24,000 nt of DNA from Gammaproteobacteria bacterium (GTDB lineage: Bacteria; Pseudomonadota; Gammaproteobacteria; HK1), in contig JAJEAD010000089.1 in assembly GCA_022824305.1 (NCBI GenBank), forward strand, positions 81,756-105,755, given 5' to 3'. The position numbers and the translations under genes were made by a program. The notes under the pieces are model-generated. The model was not told the origin of the DNA. It worked only from the letters and a program-made list of their open reading frames with translations, and searched no databases. Position 1 is the stretch's first letter. Each line of letters begins with the position of its first letter. Of the stretch, positions 1-10,321 are shown piece after piece.

Positions 1-335
1 GCCTCGTTCTGCTGCAACAAGGCAAGGGCGCCGATGCGGGCGCCGCGTTCGGCAGTGGGGGCGCAGGGTCGGTCTTCGGGTCGCGCGGTCCGGCGACGCT
101 GCTCACCCGCATGACGGCGATTCTCGCCGCCGTCTTTTTCGTGAACAGCATCGGGCTGGCCTACCTTGCCCGAGAGGCCTCCATGGAGGGGAAGAGCGTG
201 GTGGAGCGCTACCAGGAGATGGAGCAGGGCGCGCCGGCCGGCGAAGGCTTTGACGTTCTGCCGACCGAAGAGCCGGGAAGCGGTGCTGTGGATGTCCCCG
301 CGCTGCCGGGCACGGTTGAGGATGGCGGCTCTTGA
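1..335 (+). CDS. secG: Preprotein translocase subunit SecG, 5'-truncated by the window edge
   Basis: Frame +3 is open from base 3 to TGA at 333-335. The translation LVLLQQGKGADAGAAFGSGGAGSVFGSRGPATLLTRMTAILAAVFFVNSIGLAYL matches the conserved SecG glycine-rich loop plus second TM helix. It is followed by tRNA-Leu(GAG), as in the E. coli secG-leuU unit. Confidence 0.8.
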   Translation, partial: LVLLQQGKGADAGAAFGSGGAGSVFGSRGPATLLTRMTAILAAVFFVNSIGLAYLAREASMEGKSVVERYQEMEQGAPAGEGFDVLPTEEPGSGAVDVPALPGTVEDGGS

Positions 336-375
336 GCGCAGGATCGGGCGCCGCCCGCCAGATCACGCAAAGCAT

Positions 376-460
376 GCCGAAGTGGTGGAATTGGTAGACA
401 CGCTATCTTGAGGGGGTAGTGCCTTCGGGTGTGCCGGTTCGAATCCGGCCTTCGGCACCA
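376..460 (+). tRNA. tRNA-Leu (anticodon GAG), class II with long variable arm, CCA encoded
   Basis: Acceptor GCCGAAG/CTTCGGC plus A73 and CCA. Anticodon stem CTATC/GGTAG with loop TTGAGGG (GAG at 410-412). T-arm is CCGGTTCGAATCCGG. The sequence is very similar to E. coli leuU from memory. Confidence 0.95.
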
Positions 461-674
461 AGACTTCGAGCTGCCCTCGCGACGGCCGGCACGGGACGGC
501 CGCCGCGGGGGCGGCCGAGTACTCAGCGACCTGCGACGCGGTGGAAGCGCGACGGAAGCCGCCCCGGCCCGCGGATTCTCGAATCTCGGGCCGAAGAAGG
601 GGGCGGAGACAGCGAGAGAGTTCCTAACTATTTGTTTATTGGGAAGATTTGTGTCAGTCGGGACCATTTTCCGA

Positions 675-704
675 TTGACACCCGGACTGCCCCTGTCCTA
701 AAGT
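675..704 (+). promoter_or_regulatory. Candidate sigma70-type promoter for the nuo operon
   Basis: TTGACA (675-680), an 18-nt spacer, then TAAAGT (699-704), about 40 nt upstream of the nuoA ATG. It is preceded by an AT-rich stretch (about 620-670) that could act as an UP element. Motif reading only. Confidence 0.4.
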
Positions 705-745
705 CCGGCGGTCCCGGTTCCCGGGGTGCTGCGGTCGCGGTGGCC

Positions 746-1102
746 ATGCTGCAGAACTACCTGCCCATCCTCGTGTTCATCGTCATTGCGCTCGGCATGG
801 GCACGGTCATGATCCTGGCCGGCTCCATCATCGGACCCCGCCGCCCCGACGCCGAGAAGCTCTCGCCCTACGAGTGCGGATTCGAGGCCTTCGAGGATTC
901 GCGCATGAAGTTCGACGTGCGCTACTACCTCGTCGCCATTCTCTTCATCATCTTCGACCTCGAAATCGCGTTTCTCTTCCCGTGGGCAGTGGTGCTCGAC
1001 GAGATCGGAACCTTCGGGTTCCTCGCGATGATGGCATTCCTCGCGGTGCTGGTGATCGGCTTCATATACGAGTGGAAGAAGGGAGCGCTCGAATGGGAAT
1101 AG
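746..1102 (+). CDS. nuoA: NADH-quinone oxidoreductase subunit A
   Basis: 118 aa, [11 protein letters not shown]...[10 protein letters not shown]...[11 protein letters not shown]...[11 protein letters not shown], a typical NuoA/ND3. The internal ATG at 746 was chosen over the 419 ORF start, which would run through the tRNA. Confidence 0.95.
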   Translation: MLQNYLPILVFIVIALGMGTVMILAGSIIGPRRPDAEKLSPYECGFEAFEDSRMKFDVRYYLVAILFIIFDLEIAFLFPWAVVLDEIGTFGFLAMMAFLAVLVIGFIYEWKKGALEWE

Positions 1103-1569
1103 AAGGTCATATCGGACCGGGTTTCATTACCACGAGCGCGGACCGGCTCATCAACTGGGCGCGGACCGGCTCGATGTGGCCGATGACCTTCGGACTCGCC
1201 TGTTGCGCGGTCGAAATGATGCACGCAGGTGCGTCGCGCTACGATCTCGACCGATTCGGAATCATCTTCCGCCCGAGTCCGCGACAGTCGGACGTGATGA
1301 TCGTGGCGGGCACCCTGGTCAACAAGATGGCGCCGGCGTTGCGCAAGGTCTACGACCAGATGTCCGAGCCCAGGTGGGTCATCTCGATGGGATCCTGCGC
1401 AAACGGCGGCGGCTACTACCACTACTCCTACTCGGTGGTGCGCGGCTGCGATCGGATCGTGCCGGTGGACGTGTACGTGCCGGGGTGTCCACCTACGGCG
1501 GAGGCCCTTCTCTACGGCATTCTGCAGCTGCACAACAAGATTCGACGTACCAACACGATCGCACGCTAG
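1093..1569 (+). CDS. nuoB: NADH-quinone oxidoreductase subunit B (N2 Fe-S subunit)
   Basis: 158 aa with the conserved motifs [20 protein letters not shown] and GCPP. The ATG at 1093 overlaps the nuoA end by 10 nt. Confidence 0.95.
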   Translation: MGIEGHIGPGFITTSADRLINWARTGSMWPMTFGLACCAVEMMHAGASRYDLDRFGIIFRPSPRQSDVMIVAGTLVNKMAPALRKVYDQMSEPRWVISMGSCANGGGYYHYSYSVVRGCDRIVPVDVYVPGCPPTAEALLYGILQLHNKIRRTNTIAR

Positions 1570-1624
1570 CTGCCGGCATGTCACCTGACCCTCAACTCAT
1601 GCCGTTCCGGCGTGCGGGCTCCTG

Positions 1625-2317
1625 ATGGCGGCGGATAGCGTGGTCCTCGCCGATCTGGTGACCGAAAGCATCGGCTGCGATCCGGAAGCCTGCCGGACGC
1701 ATGCCGGTCAGTTGACGGTGGAAGTGGGGACCGAGCGGCTCGTCGAGGCCTGCCGCATCCTTCGCGACGATGCCCGTCTTCGCTTTGCGCAACTCGTGGA
1801 TCTCTGCGCGGTGGACTACCTGGGTTACGGCGAGGCCGACTGGGAAACGAGCGAGAGCGCATCGGGCGCGGGATTTTCCCGCGGGGTCCGAGAGCGCCGG
1901 CCGCATGGGGAAGCGCAGACCGCTCGGAGATTCGCCCTCGTCTACCAGCTTCTGTCCCATGAGCACAACCGGAGGATGCGCCTTCGCTCATTCGCCGTGG
2001 GGGATCCTCCGCGCATTCCTTCGGTCGTGGACGTGTGGCCGAATGCCAACTGGTTCGAGCGCGAAGCGTTCGATCTCTTCGGGGTGCTGTTCGAAGGCCA
2101 TCCGGATCTGCGACGGATACTCACCGACTACGGCTTCATCGGGCATCCCTTCCGCAAGGACTTTCCCCTTTCCGGAGAAGTGGAGATGCGCTACGACCCC
2201 GAGAAGCGGCGGGTCGTGTACGAGCCGGTCAGCATCGAAGCGCGCACCCTGGTGCCCCGGGTGATCCGTCGTGAGACGGGCCGGCCGCTCGCGCCCGGGG
2301 ACGACAATGGTGCTTGA
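1625..2317 (+). CDS. nuoC: NADH-quinone oxidoreductase subunit C (separate from D)
   Basis: 230 aa with [44 protein letters not shown], the diagnostic 30-kDa subunit core. Confidence 0.93.
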   Translation: MAADSVVLADLVTESIGCDPEACRTHAGQLTVEVGTERLVEACRILRDDARLRFAQLVDLCAVDYLGYGEADWETSESASGAGFSRGVRERRPHGEAQTARRFALVYQLLSHEHNRRMRLRSFAVGDPPRIPSVVDVWPNANWFEREAFDLFGVLFEGHPDLRRILTDYGFIGHPFRKDFPLSGEVEMRYDPEKRRVVYEPVSIEARTLVPRVIRRETGRPLAPGDDNGA

Positions 2318-2327
2318 GGACTGAGCC

Positions 2328-3581
2328 TTGCCCGAAATTCAGAACTTCACCCTGAACTTCGGTCCCCAGCACCCGGCCGCTCACGGCGTGCTGCGCCTCG
2401 TGCTCGAGATGGACGGGGAAGTGATCGAACGCGCCGACCCGCACATCGGGCTGCTGCACCGTGCGACCGAGAAGCTGGCGGAGAGCAAGCCCTACAACCA
2501 GAGCATCGGATACATGGATCGCCTCGACTACGTATCCATGATGTGCAACGAGCACGCCTATGTGCTCGCGATGGAGAAACTGCTGGGGCTGGAAGCGCCG
2601 ATCCGGGCCCAGTACATCCGGGTGATGTTCGACGAGATCACCCGCATCCTCAATCACCTTATGTGGCTGGGGGCCCACGCGCTGGATATCGGGGCGATGA
2701 CGGTCTTCCTCTACGCGTTCAGGGAGCGGGAAGATCTCCTGGACTGCTACGAGGCGGTTTCCGGCGCCCGGATGCATGCGACCTACTACCGGCCCGGAGG
2801 GGTCTACCGCGACCTGCCCGGCCAGATGCCCCGCTACCAGTCTTCGGAGTGGCGCAGCGATGCCGATCTCTCGCGCCTGAACGAGGCGCGCGCCGGTTCC
2901 CTGCTCGATTTCATCGAATCGTTCACGCAGCGCTTTCCGCAGCGCGTGGACGAGTACGAGACGCTGCTCACCGACAACCGGATCTGGAAGCAGCGCACCG
3001 TCGGCATCGGGGTGGTGGAGCCCGAGCGGGCGATCAGTCTCGGTTTTTCCGGCCCGATGCTGCGCGGTTCGGGAGTCGAATGGGACCTTCGCAGGAAGCA
3101 GCCCTACGAGGTCTATCCGGATGTGGATTTCGACATACCGGTCGGCGTGAACGGAGACTGCTACGACCGGTACCTGGTACGCATCGAGGAGCTGCGGCAG
3201 TCGAACTGGATCGTCTCCCAGTGCGTCGACTGGCTGCGCCGCAATCCGGGTCCGGTCATGACCGCCGATTACAAGCTGTCGCCCCCGAGCCGCGAGGAGA
3301 TGAAGGGCGACATGGAAGCGATGATCCACCACTTCAAGCTGTTCACGGAAGGCTTCTGCATCCCGGAGGGCGAGACCTACGCCGCGGTGGAAGCGCCGAA
3401 GGGGGAGTTCGGCATCTACCTGGTCTCGGACGGCGCCAACAAGCCCTACCGACTGAAGATCCGTGCGCCCGGCTTCGTCCATCTTTCCGCGATGGACGAG
3501 ATGGTGAGAGGGCACATGCTCGCGGACGTCGTCGCGGTGATCGGCACTCAGGACATCGTGTTCGGAGAGGTCGATCGCTGA
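2328..3581 (+). CDS. nuoD: NADH-quinone oxidoreductase subunit D
   Basis: 417 aa, N-terminus (M)[33 protein letters not shown] start at 2328 with a GAGGA RBS 7 nt upstream. The C-terminus is DIVFGEVDR. Confidence 0.95.
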   Translation: MPEIQNFTLNFGPQHPAAHGVLRLVLEMDGEVIERADPHIGLLHRATEKLAESKPYNQSIGYMDRLDYVSMMCNEHAYVLAMEKLLGLEAPIRAQYIRVMFDEITRILNHLMWLGAHALDIGAMTVFLYAFREREDLLDCYEAVSGARMHATYYRPGGVYRDLPGQMPRYQSSEWRSDADLSRLNEARAGSLLDFIESFTQRFPQRVDEYETLLTDNRIWKQRTVGIGVVEPERAISLGFSGPMLRGSGVEWDLRRKQPYEVYPDVDFDIPVGVNGDCYDRYLVRIEELRQSNWIVSQCVDWLRRNPGPVMTADYKLSPPSREEMKGDMEAMIHHFKLFTEGFCIPEGETYAAVEAPKGEFGIYLVSDGANKPYRLKIRAPGFVHLSAMDEMVRGHMLADVVAVIGTQDIVFGEVDR

Positions 3582-4126
3582 TGCCCTACGATGCTCCCAT
3601 TGCCTCGCTCGACATTCGGATGCCGATGAGCAGAGTCGAGGCCGAAGGCCTGCTCACCCCGCACACGCGCGAGGAGATCGACCACTGGGCGGCCAAGTAT
3701 CCCGCCGCTCGCCGGCGTTCCGCGGTAGTCGCCGCGCTGCGCGCCGCGCAGCATCAGAACGGCGGCCACCTCAACGAAGCGCTCATGGATGCGGTGGCGG
3801 CGTATCTGAACCTTCCCCCGATCTACGTGTACGAAGCGGCGAGCTTCTACTCCATGTTCGAGCTTCGGCCGGTGGGGCGCCACAGCGTTTCGGTGTGCAC
3901 GAACATCTCGTGCATGCTCTGCGGGGCGGAGTCCATCGTCGAGTACATCGAGAAGAAGCTCGGCATCGTGACGGGCGAGAGCACCGCCGACGGGCGCATC
4001 TACCTCAAGCAGGAGGAGGAATGCCTTGCCGCCTGCTGCGGCGCGCCGATGATGATGGTGGATCACGTCTACCACGAGCACCTGACCCCGGAAAGGGTGG
4101 ACGAGATCCTGGACGCGCTGGAGTAG
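3581..4126 (+). CDS. nuoE: NADH-quinone oxidoreductase subunit E (2Fe-2S)
   Basis: EIDHWAAKYP, then the Cys ligands CTNISCMLCG and CLAACCGAP. The ATG at 3581 overlaps the nuoD TGA (ATGA coupling). Later in-frame ATGs at 3620 and 3626 are alternative starts. Confidence 0.9.
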   Translation: MPYDAPIASLDIRMPMSRVEAEGLLTPHTREEIDHWAAKYPAARRRSAVVAALRAAQHQNGGHLNEALMDAVAAYLNLPPIYVYEAASFYSMFELRPVGRHSVSVCTNISCMLCGAESIVEYIEKKLGIVTGESTADGRIYLKQEEECLAACCGAPMMMVDHVYHEHLTPERVDEILDALE

Positions 4127-4129
4127 GGC

Positions 4130-5428
4130 ATGTCGCTGAACGAAGTCTGCTACTCGACCCTGAGCTTCGACGAGCCCTGGAGCTTCGAGAACTATGTGAA
4201 GGTCGGCGGCTACGAGGCCTGGAAGAAGGTCCTCGAGGAACGTCCCGATCCCGCCGACGTGATCGACCAGGTCAAGCGATCGGGACTGCGCGGCCGCGGG
4301 GGCGCGGGATTTCCGACCGGACTCAAGTGGAGCTTCGTTCCCAGGGACTATCCCGGTCAGGTCTACGTGGTCTGCAACTCCGACGAGAGCGAGCCCGGCA
4401 CCTGCAAGGACCGGGACATTCTGCGTTTCAACCCCCACTCCGTGATCGAGGGAATGGCGATCGCCGGGTACGCGATGGGCGCCACCGTCGGCTACAACTA
4501 CATTCGGGGCGAGTTCATGGACGAGCCCTATCTCCGCTTCGAGGCGGCGCTCGGGGAAGCCCGCGAAGCCGGACTGCTCGGATGCGACATTCTGGGATCG
4601 GGAGTCGACTTCGAGCTCCACTCCCACCTTGGGGCGGGCGCCTACATCTGCGGTGAGGAGATGGCGTTGCTCGAATCCCTCGAAGGCAAGAAGGGGTTGC
4701 CCCGCTTCAAGCCGCCCTTTCCCGCCCAGGCGGGGGTCTACGGGCAGCCGAGCACCGTCAACAACACCGAGACCTACGCATCGGTGCCGTCCATCATCCG
4801 GAAGGGAGCGGAGTGGTTCGCGGCCCTGGGCGTGGAGAAGAGCGGCGGCACCAAGTGCTTCTCGGTGTCCGGGCACGTGGGCCGGCCCGGAAACTACGAG
4901 GTGTCCCTCGGAATCCCCTTCCCCGAGCTGCTCGAGCATGCCGGCGGGGTGCGCAACGGCAACCGGCTGAAGGGCGTGATCCCGGGAGGATGCTCCATGC
5001 CGGTCCTTCCCGCCGAGATCATGATGCAGACCAACATGGATTTCGACTCCCTCGCCCGGGCCGGCTCGATGCTGGGCTCCGGGGCGGTGGTGGTCATGGA
5101 CGAGACCACGTCCATGGTGAGCATGTGCCGGCGTATCGCGCGCTTCTACTACGCGGAGTCCTGCGGGCAGTGCACGCCGTGCCGCGAGGGCACGGGTTGG
5201 ATGTACCGGATGCTCTGCCGCATCGAAGCGGGCGAGGGGAGGGAAGAAGATCTCGACACCCTGCTCGACATCGCGGGAAACATCGAGGGCCGCACGATCT
5301 GCGCCTTCGGTGACGCGGCGGCATGGCCGGTGCAGGGCTTTCTGCGTCACTTCCGGGAAGAGTTCGAGTACCACATTCGTCACAAGGCCTTTCCCCCGGG
5401 AGTCGTGCCGTTCAAGGCCGCGGCCTGA
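4130..5428 (+). CDS. nuoF: NADH-quinone oxidoreductase subunit F (FMN/NADH-binding, N3 cluster)
   Basis: 432 aa with [29 protein letters not shown] and [12 protein letters not shown] motifs. Confidence 0.96.
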   Translation: MSLNEVCYSTLSFDEPWSFENYVKVGGYEAWKKVLEERPDPADVIDQVKRSGLRGRGGAGFPTGLKWSFVPRDYPGQVYVVCNSDESEPGTCKDRDILRFNPHSVIEGMAIAGYAMGATVGYNYIRGEFMDEPYLRFEAALGEAREAGLLGCDILGSGVDFELHSHLGAGAYICGEEMALLESLEGKKGLPRFKPPFPAQAGVYGQPSTVNNTETYASVPSIIRKGAEWFAALGVEKSGGTKCFSVSGHVGRPGNYEVSLGIPFPELLEHAGGVRNGNRLKGVIPGGCSMPVLPAEIMMQTNMDFDSLARAGSMLGSGAVVVMDETTSMVSMCRRIARFYYAESCGQCTPCREGTGWMYRMLCRIEAGEGREEDLDTLLDIAGNIEGRTICAFGDAAAWPVQGFLRHFREEFEYHIRHKAFPPGVVPFKAAA

Positions 5429-5462
5429 CCGACCCGCTACGGCTCGGAATGACAAGAGGACC

Positions 5463-7832
5463 ATGAGCGACACCGCGAGCATCGAGATCGACGGCCGGAC
5501 CCTGGAAGCGCCGAGAGGGGCGATGATCATCGAGGTCGCCGACCGGCACGGCATCCACATTCCGCGCTTCTGCTACCACCGCAAGCTGTCCATTGCCGCG
5601 AACTGCCGCATGTGCCTGGTCGAGGTCGAAAAGGCGCCCAAGCCTTTGCCCGCCTGCGCCACGCCGGTAATGGACGGGATGAAGGTGCGCACTGCCTCCG
5701 CCCTTGCGGCGGGAGCCCAGAAGGCGGTGATGGAGTTCCTGCTCATCAATCATCCCCTCGATTGTCCGATCTGCGATCAGGGCGGCGAATGTGAGCTGCA
5801 GGACGTCGCGATGGGCTACGGGCGCGGCGTCTCGCGCTTCTCCGAACGCAAGCGGGTGGTGGCGGACAAGAACCTCGGGCCGCTCATCGCCACCGACATG
5901 ACACGCTGCATCCATTGCACGCGCTGCGTGCGCTTCGGAGAGGAGATCGCGGGCATGCCGGAGCTTGGGGCCACCGGACGCGGCGAGCACATGGAGATCG
6001 GGACCTTCGTGGAGCAGGCGGTCGATTCGGAGATGTCCGGGAACGTCATCGATGTCTGCCCGGTGGGCGCTCTGACCTCGAAGCCCTTCCGCTTTCAGGC
6101 GAGGGCCTGGGAGATGGGCAGCCGGGACACGGTGGCGCCCCACGATGCGGTGGGGTCGAACGTGCACGTTCACGTCATGGGGGGACGCGTGAAGCGGGTG
6201 GTCCCACGGGAGAACGAAGCCGTCAACGAGGTATGGATTTCGGATCGGGACCGTTTCAGCTACGAAGGCCTGTACGACGAGGAGCGGCTACTCGAGCCGA
6301 TGATCAGGCGCAACGGCGAGTGGTCCGCCTGCGGGTGGGAAGAGGCGCTCGCCTTCGCCTCGCGGGGACTGCGATCACTCGTCTCCCGCCACGGCGCGGA
6401 CGCCTTCGGCACGCTGGTATCGCCGAACGCCAGCGTGGAAGAGGCCTACCTGCTGCAGAAGATGGTGCGTGGTCTCGGTGTCTCCGACATCGATCATCGA
6501 CTGCGCGACGCCGACTTCTCCGATCAGGAGCAGGCGCCGCTCTGCCCCTCGCTCGGCTGTTCGCTCGCCGAGGTCGAGACGCGCGACGCCGTGCTCCTCG
6601 TCGGCGCCTGGCCGCGCAAGGAAGTGCCCATCCTGAACCACCGGCTGCGGAAGGCGAGCCTCGCCGGGGCACGGGTCATGGTTCTGAATCCGGCGGACTA
6701 CGAGTTCAATTTCCGGGTGGACGGGCGCATCGTGGTTTCCCCGGACGCGATGGTCGACGCCCTCGCGAGCGTGCTGTCGGGATCTGCCGCCCCGGCCGAG
6801 CTCTGCCCCGGAGTGCGGGAAGTGGTGGATGGAGCGTCGCACTCCGAAGATGCCGCGGCGATCGCGAGCACGCTCGCGGACGCGGATCACGCGTCGCTGC
6901 TCCTCGGGCCGATGGTGGCCAGGCATCCGGAGGGGGCCCTGCTGCGCGCGCTCGCCCGCGCCCTCGCGTCGGCGACGGGCGCGTCCCTGGGCCAGCTCAC
7001 CGAAGGCGCGAACGCCGCGGGCGCGTGGCTTGCCGGCGCGCTTCCTCACCGGGGGCCCGGAGGTCGGAGCCTGGAGCGTCCCGGGCGTGACGCCCGATCC
7101 ATGCTGCGCGACGCGCGTCCGGGGTATCTGCTCTTCGGCATCGAGCCCGAGCTCGACTGCGGCGACCCCGCCCTGGCGTTGAGCGCGATGCGGGGCGCGG
7201 ATTTCGTCGCGGTCTTCACCGCCTACCGGAGCGAGGCCATGTCCCGGTACGCCGACGTGATGCTGCCGATCGCGCCCTACGCGGAGAACTCGGGCACCTT
7301 CGTCAACCTCGAAGGCCGATGGCAGAGCTTCGAGGCGGCGGTGCGGCCTCCGGGCGAGGCTCGTCCGGGATGGAAGGTGTTGCGGGTCATGGGAAACGTC
7401 CTCGACCTCGAGGGCTTCGACTACCTGAGCGCGGAGGAGGTCAGGGGCGAGGTCGAGAGCCTGGTGGAACAGGCTGCGCCCATTCGCGCCGCATGGCGTT
7501 CCGGAGAACGGACACCGTGGCCGCGGGAGGCCCTGTGCCGCCTGGGAAGCGTTCCCCTGTACGCCGCGGACGCGATCGTCCGGCGGGCGCCGGCTCTGCA
7601 ACAGACTCGGGACGCGGCATTTGCCGGCGTGTCGCTGAACTCCGCCGCGGCGGCCCGCCTCGGTCTCGAAGACGGCGCCCGGGCGACGGTTCGCCAGGGC
7701 GATGCCTGCATAAGGCTCCCCGTCTTCATCGACGATCGACTGCCCGACGGATGCGCCTGCCTCCCCGCCGGCGTGCCGCAGGCGGCGGCGCTCGGCCCGG
7801 ACATCGGGCCGATGCACGTCACGCCGGCCTGA
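5463..7832 (+). CDS. nuoG: NADH-quinone oxidoreductase subunit G
   Basis: 789 aa. The N-terminal Fe-S motifs are CYHRKLSIAANCRMCLVEV, HPLDCPICDQGGECELQD, CIHCTRCVRF and CPVGALT, followed by a molybdopterin-like domain. AAGAGGA RBS lies before the ATG at 5463. Confidence 0.95.
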   Translation: MSDTASIEIDGRTLEAPRGAMIIEVADRHGIHIPRFCYHRKLSIAANCRMCLVEVEKAPKPLPACATPVMDGMKVRTASALAAGAQKAVMEFLLINHPLDCPICDQGGECELQDVAMGYGRGVSRFSERKRVVADKNLGPLIATDMTRCIHCTRCVRFGEEIAGMPELGATGRGEHMEIGTFVEQAVDSEMSGNVIDVCPVGALTSKPFRFQARAWEMGSRDTVAPHDAVGSNVHVHVMGGRVKRVVPRENEAVNEVWISDRDRFSYEGLYDEERLLEPMIRRNGEWSACGWEEALAFASRGLRSLVSRHGADAFGTLVSPNASVEEAYLLQKMVRGLGVSDIDHRLRDADFSDQEQAPLCPSLGCSLAEVETRDAVLLVGAWPRKEVPILNHRLRKASLAGARVMVLNPADYEFNFRVDGRIVVSPDAMVDALASVLSGSAAPAELCPGVREVVDGASHSEDAAAIASTLADADHASLLLGPMVARHPEGALLRALARALASATGASLGQLTEGANAAGAWLAGALPHRGPGGRSLERPGRDARSMLRDARPGYLLFGIEPELDCGDPALALSAMRGADFVAVFTAYRSEAMSRYADVMLPIAPYAENSGTFVNLEGRWQSFEAAVRPPGEARPGWKVLRVMGNVLDLEGFDYLSAEEVRGEVESLVEQAAPIRAAWRSGERTPWPREALCRLGSVPLYAADAIVRRAPALQQTRDAAFAGVSLNSAAAARLGLEDGARATVRQGDACIRLPVFIDDRLPDGCACLPAGVPQAAALGPDIGPMHVTPA

Positions 7833-7853
7833 GCGGGGATTCCGGACCGGGGG

Positions 7854-8891
7854 ATGATCGACTCGCTCGTCAGCCTGGCGTGGACGGTGGCCAAAGTGCT
7901 GGCGATCCTCGTCCCGCTCGTCCTCGCCGTGGCCTGGTACACCTTCGCCGAGCGCAAGGTGGTCGGCTACATCCAGGTGCGCATGGGACCGAACCGGGTG
8001 GGTCCACGCGGCTGGCTGCAGCCGATCGCGGACGGGATCAAGCTCGTGCTGAAGGAGGTGATCATTCCCGCCGGGGCCAACCGCTTTCTCTTCGTCCTTG
8101 CGCCGGTGATCGCGCTGGGCGCCGCGCTTGCCGCGTGGGCGGTAGTGCCCTTCGGAGAGGGACTGGTGCTCGCCGACATCAATGCCGGCCTGCTCTACAT
8201 CCTGGCGATGACCTCGGTCGGGGTGTACGGGGTGATCATCGCGGGCTGGGCCTCCAACTCGAAGTATGCGCTGCTCGGGGCAATGCGTTCCGCGGCGCAG
8301 ATCGTCGCGTACGAGATCGCGATGGGATTCGCGCTGGTGGTGGTGTTGATGGCGGCGGGAAGCCTGAACCTGGGGGAGATCGTCAACGCGCAGGACGGGA
8401 GCATCCTGAACTGGTTCTGGCTGCCGCTGCTGCCGATGTTCGTGGTGTACATCATCGCCGGCATCGCGGAGACCAACCGTGCGCCCTTCGACGTGGCGGA
8501 GGGCGAATCCGAGATCGTGGCCGGCTTCCACGTCGAGTACTCGGGGATGTCCTTCCTGGTGTTCTTCCTCGCCGAGTACGCGAACATGATCCTGATCAGC
8601 CTCCTGATCAGCATCATGTTCCTGGGCGGCTGGCTCTCGCCCTTTCAGGGCATCTTTCCGGATCGGTTCACCGAGGGCTTTCCCCTCGGACCGGGCCCGC
8701 ACTGGCTATTGCTGAAGACCCTGTTCTTCATGTTCCTCTATCTGTGGTTGCGGGCGACGTTCCCGCGCTATCGTTACGATCAGATCATGCGTCTGGGCTG
8801 GAAGGTGTTCATCCCCTTGACGATCGTCTGGATAGTGGTGGTGGGGGTCGCGATCGTGCTCGACGTCCCGCCCTGGTTCGACGGGGCCTGA
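7854..8891 (+). CDS. nuoH: NADH-quinone oxidoreductase subunit H
   Basis: 345 aa polytopic membrane protein with [27 protein letters not shown] and [17 protein letters not shown] (ND1 family). Confidence 0.95.
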   Translation: MIDSLVSLAWTVAKVLAILVPLVLAVAWYTFAERKVVGYIQVRMGPNRVGPRGWLQPIADGIKLVLKEVIIPAGANRFLFVLAPVIALGAALAAWAVVPFGEGLVLADINAGLLYILAMTSVGVYGVIIAGWASNSKYALLGAMRSAAQIVAYEIAMGFALVVVLMAAGSLNLGEIVNAQDGSILNWFWLPLLPMFVVYIIAGIAETNRAPFDVAEGESEIVAGFHVEYSGMSFLVFFLAEYANMILISLLISIMFLGGWLSPFQGIFPDRFTEGFPLGPGPHWLLLKTLFFMFLYLWLRATFPRYRYDQIMRLGWKVFIPLTIVWIVVVGVAIVLDVPPWFDGA

Positions 8892-8907
8892 CGGGGAGGA
8901 AGATTCG

Positions 8908-9396
8908 ATGAGCAAGACACGTGGCTGGCTGAAGAGCTTCCTCCTGGTGGAGCTCTTCCGGGGGTTGATGCTGACGATTCGCTACATGTTCTCGGGCAAG
9001 TTCACGGTGCGCTATCCGGAGGAGAAGGCGCCGCAGTCGCCTCGATTTCGCGGGCTTCACGCCCTGCGGCGCTACCCGAACGGCGAAGAGCGCTGCATCG
9101 CGTGCAAGCTGTGCGAGGCGGTGTGCCCGGCCCTGGCGATCACCATCGATTCCGAGCCCAGGAAAGACGGCACCCGTCGCACCAGCCGGTACGACATCGA
9201 CCTCTTCAAGTGCATCTTCTGCGGATTCTGTGAAGAGGCCTGCCCGGTGGACTCCATTGTCGAGACCCGCATCTACGAGTATCACTTCGAGAAGCGCGGC
9301 GAGCAGATCATGACCAAGGACAAGCTGCTCGCGATCGGGGACCGCTACGAAGCGCAGATCGCGAGTGACCGCATGCAGGACGCGCTCTACCGCTGA
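8908..9396 (+). CDS. nuoI: NADH-quinone oxidoreductase subunit I (2x 4Fe-4S ferredoxin)
   Basis: 162 aa with [12 protein letters not shown] and [25 protein letters not shown] upstream. Confidence 0.96.
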   Translation: MSKTRGWLKSFLLVELFRGLMLTIRYMFSGKFTVRYPEEKAPQSPRFRGLHALRRYPNGEERCIACKLCEAVCPALAITIDSEPRKDGTRRTSRYDIDLFKCIFCGFCEEACPVDSIVETRIYEYHFEKRGEQIMTKDKLLAIGDRYEAQIASDRMQDALYR

Positions 9397-9998
9397 TGGC
9401 CGAGCTCGTCGTCTTCTACTGCTTCGCCGCGATACTCGTGTTCGCGGCGTTTCGGGTGATCACGGTGAGAAACCCGGTGCATGCGGCGCTCTTTCTCGTG
9501 CTCGCCTTCTTCTCGAGCGCCTGCGTCTGGATCCTGCTGGAGGCGGAGTTCCTCGCCATCGTGCTGGTGCTCGTCTACGTGGGCGCGGTCATGGTGCTCT
9601 TCCTCTTCGTGGTGATGATGCTGGATATCAATCTCGCTCCGCTGCGGGAAGGGTTCACCCGCTATCTCGGACTGGGGGCGGCAGTGGCGGTGCTCATCGT
9701 GGCGCAGCTTCTTCTCGTGCTCGGCTCCGATCGCTTCGGACTGGAGAGGGTGGGCGCCCCGGTGCGCCGAGCTGCGGACTACAGCAACACCGAGGAGCTC
9801 GGGGTGCTGCTCTATACCGTGTACGCCTATCCCTTCGAGATCGCGGCGGTGGTGCTGCTGGTGGCGATCATCGCGGCAATATCGCTCACCATGCGCCGGC
9901 GTCCCGGAATCAAGGCGCAGAATCCGGCCGAGCAGGTCGCGGTGCGTCGTTCGGACCGCGTGCGCCTGGTCAAGATGCGCTCGGAAAGCAGGCGCTAG
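9396..9998 (+). CDS. nuoJ: NADH-quinone oxidoreductase subunit J
   Basis: 200 aa hydrophobic ND6-like protein. Its ATG overlaps the nuoI TGA (ATGA). Operon position supports the call. Confidence 0.9.
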   Translation: MAELVVFYCFAAILVFAAFRVITVRNPVHAALFLVLAFFSSACVWILLEAEFLAIVLVLVYVGAVMVLFLFVVMMLDINLAPLREGFTRYLGLGAAVAVLIVAQLLLVLGSDRFGLERVGAPVRRAADYSNTEELGVLLYTVYAYPFEIAAVVLLVAIIAAISLTMRRRPGIKAQNPAEQVAVRRSDRVRLVKMRSESRR

Positions 9999-10012
9999 GG
10001 CGGGAGAGGCTC

Positions 10013-10318
10013 ATGCTTTCACTCCCGCACTTTCTCGGGCTCGGAGCCATCCTGTTCTGCCTGAGCGTGGCCGGAATCTTCCTCAACCGGAAGAACGTCA
10101 TCATTCTGCTCATGGCCATCGAGCTCCTGCTGCTGTCGGTCAACATGAACTTCATCGCCTTCTCCCACTTCCACGGTGACCTGGCCGGCCAGATCTTCGT
10201 GTTCTTCATCCTGACCGTCGCGGCGGCCGAGGCAGCGATCGGACTCGCAATCCTGGTGGTCCTGTTTCGCAGCCGCCAGACCATCAACGTCGACGATCTG
10301 AACACCATGAAGGGCTAG
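10013..10318 (+). CDS. nuoK: NADH-quinone oxidoreductase subunit K
   Basis: 101 aa, [15 protein letters not shown]...[12 protein letters not shown]...[13 protein letters not shown] (ND4L family). GGGAGAGG RBS upstream. The internal ATG was preferred to the 9365 ORF start. Confidence 0.93.
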   Translation: MLSLPHFLGLGAILFCLSVAGIFLNRKNVIILLMAIELLLLSVNMNFIAFSHFHGDLAGQIFVFFILTVAAAEAAIGLAILVVLFRSRQTINVDDLNTMKG

Positions 10319-10321
10319 GCG

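Noticed and set aside
497-517. A GC-rich hairpin after tRNA-Leu that might be an intrinsic terminator.
   Set aside because: It has no U-tract, so its function cannot be assigned from sequence. It is noted only within the spacer finding.
419-1102. N-terminally extended ORF-track versions of nuoA (419), nuoB (874), nuoE (2543), nuoG (5310), nuoK (9365), the rSAM gene (16422), the GT gene (17282), the DUF2064 gene (18097) and the binding protein (23520).
   Set aside because: The extensions overlap upstream genes or the tRNA and are Arg/Pro-rich non-conserved sequence. Internal starts with RBS-like purine tracts or stop/start overlaps give family-typical N-termini.
1832-1924. An extra segment of about 25-30 aa in NuoC ([26 protein letters not shown]) relative to short NuoC proteins.
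   Set aside because: From memory, similar insertions (GFSRGV-containing) occur in Xanthomonadales-type NuoC. This is lineage-typical rather than novel.
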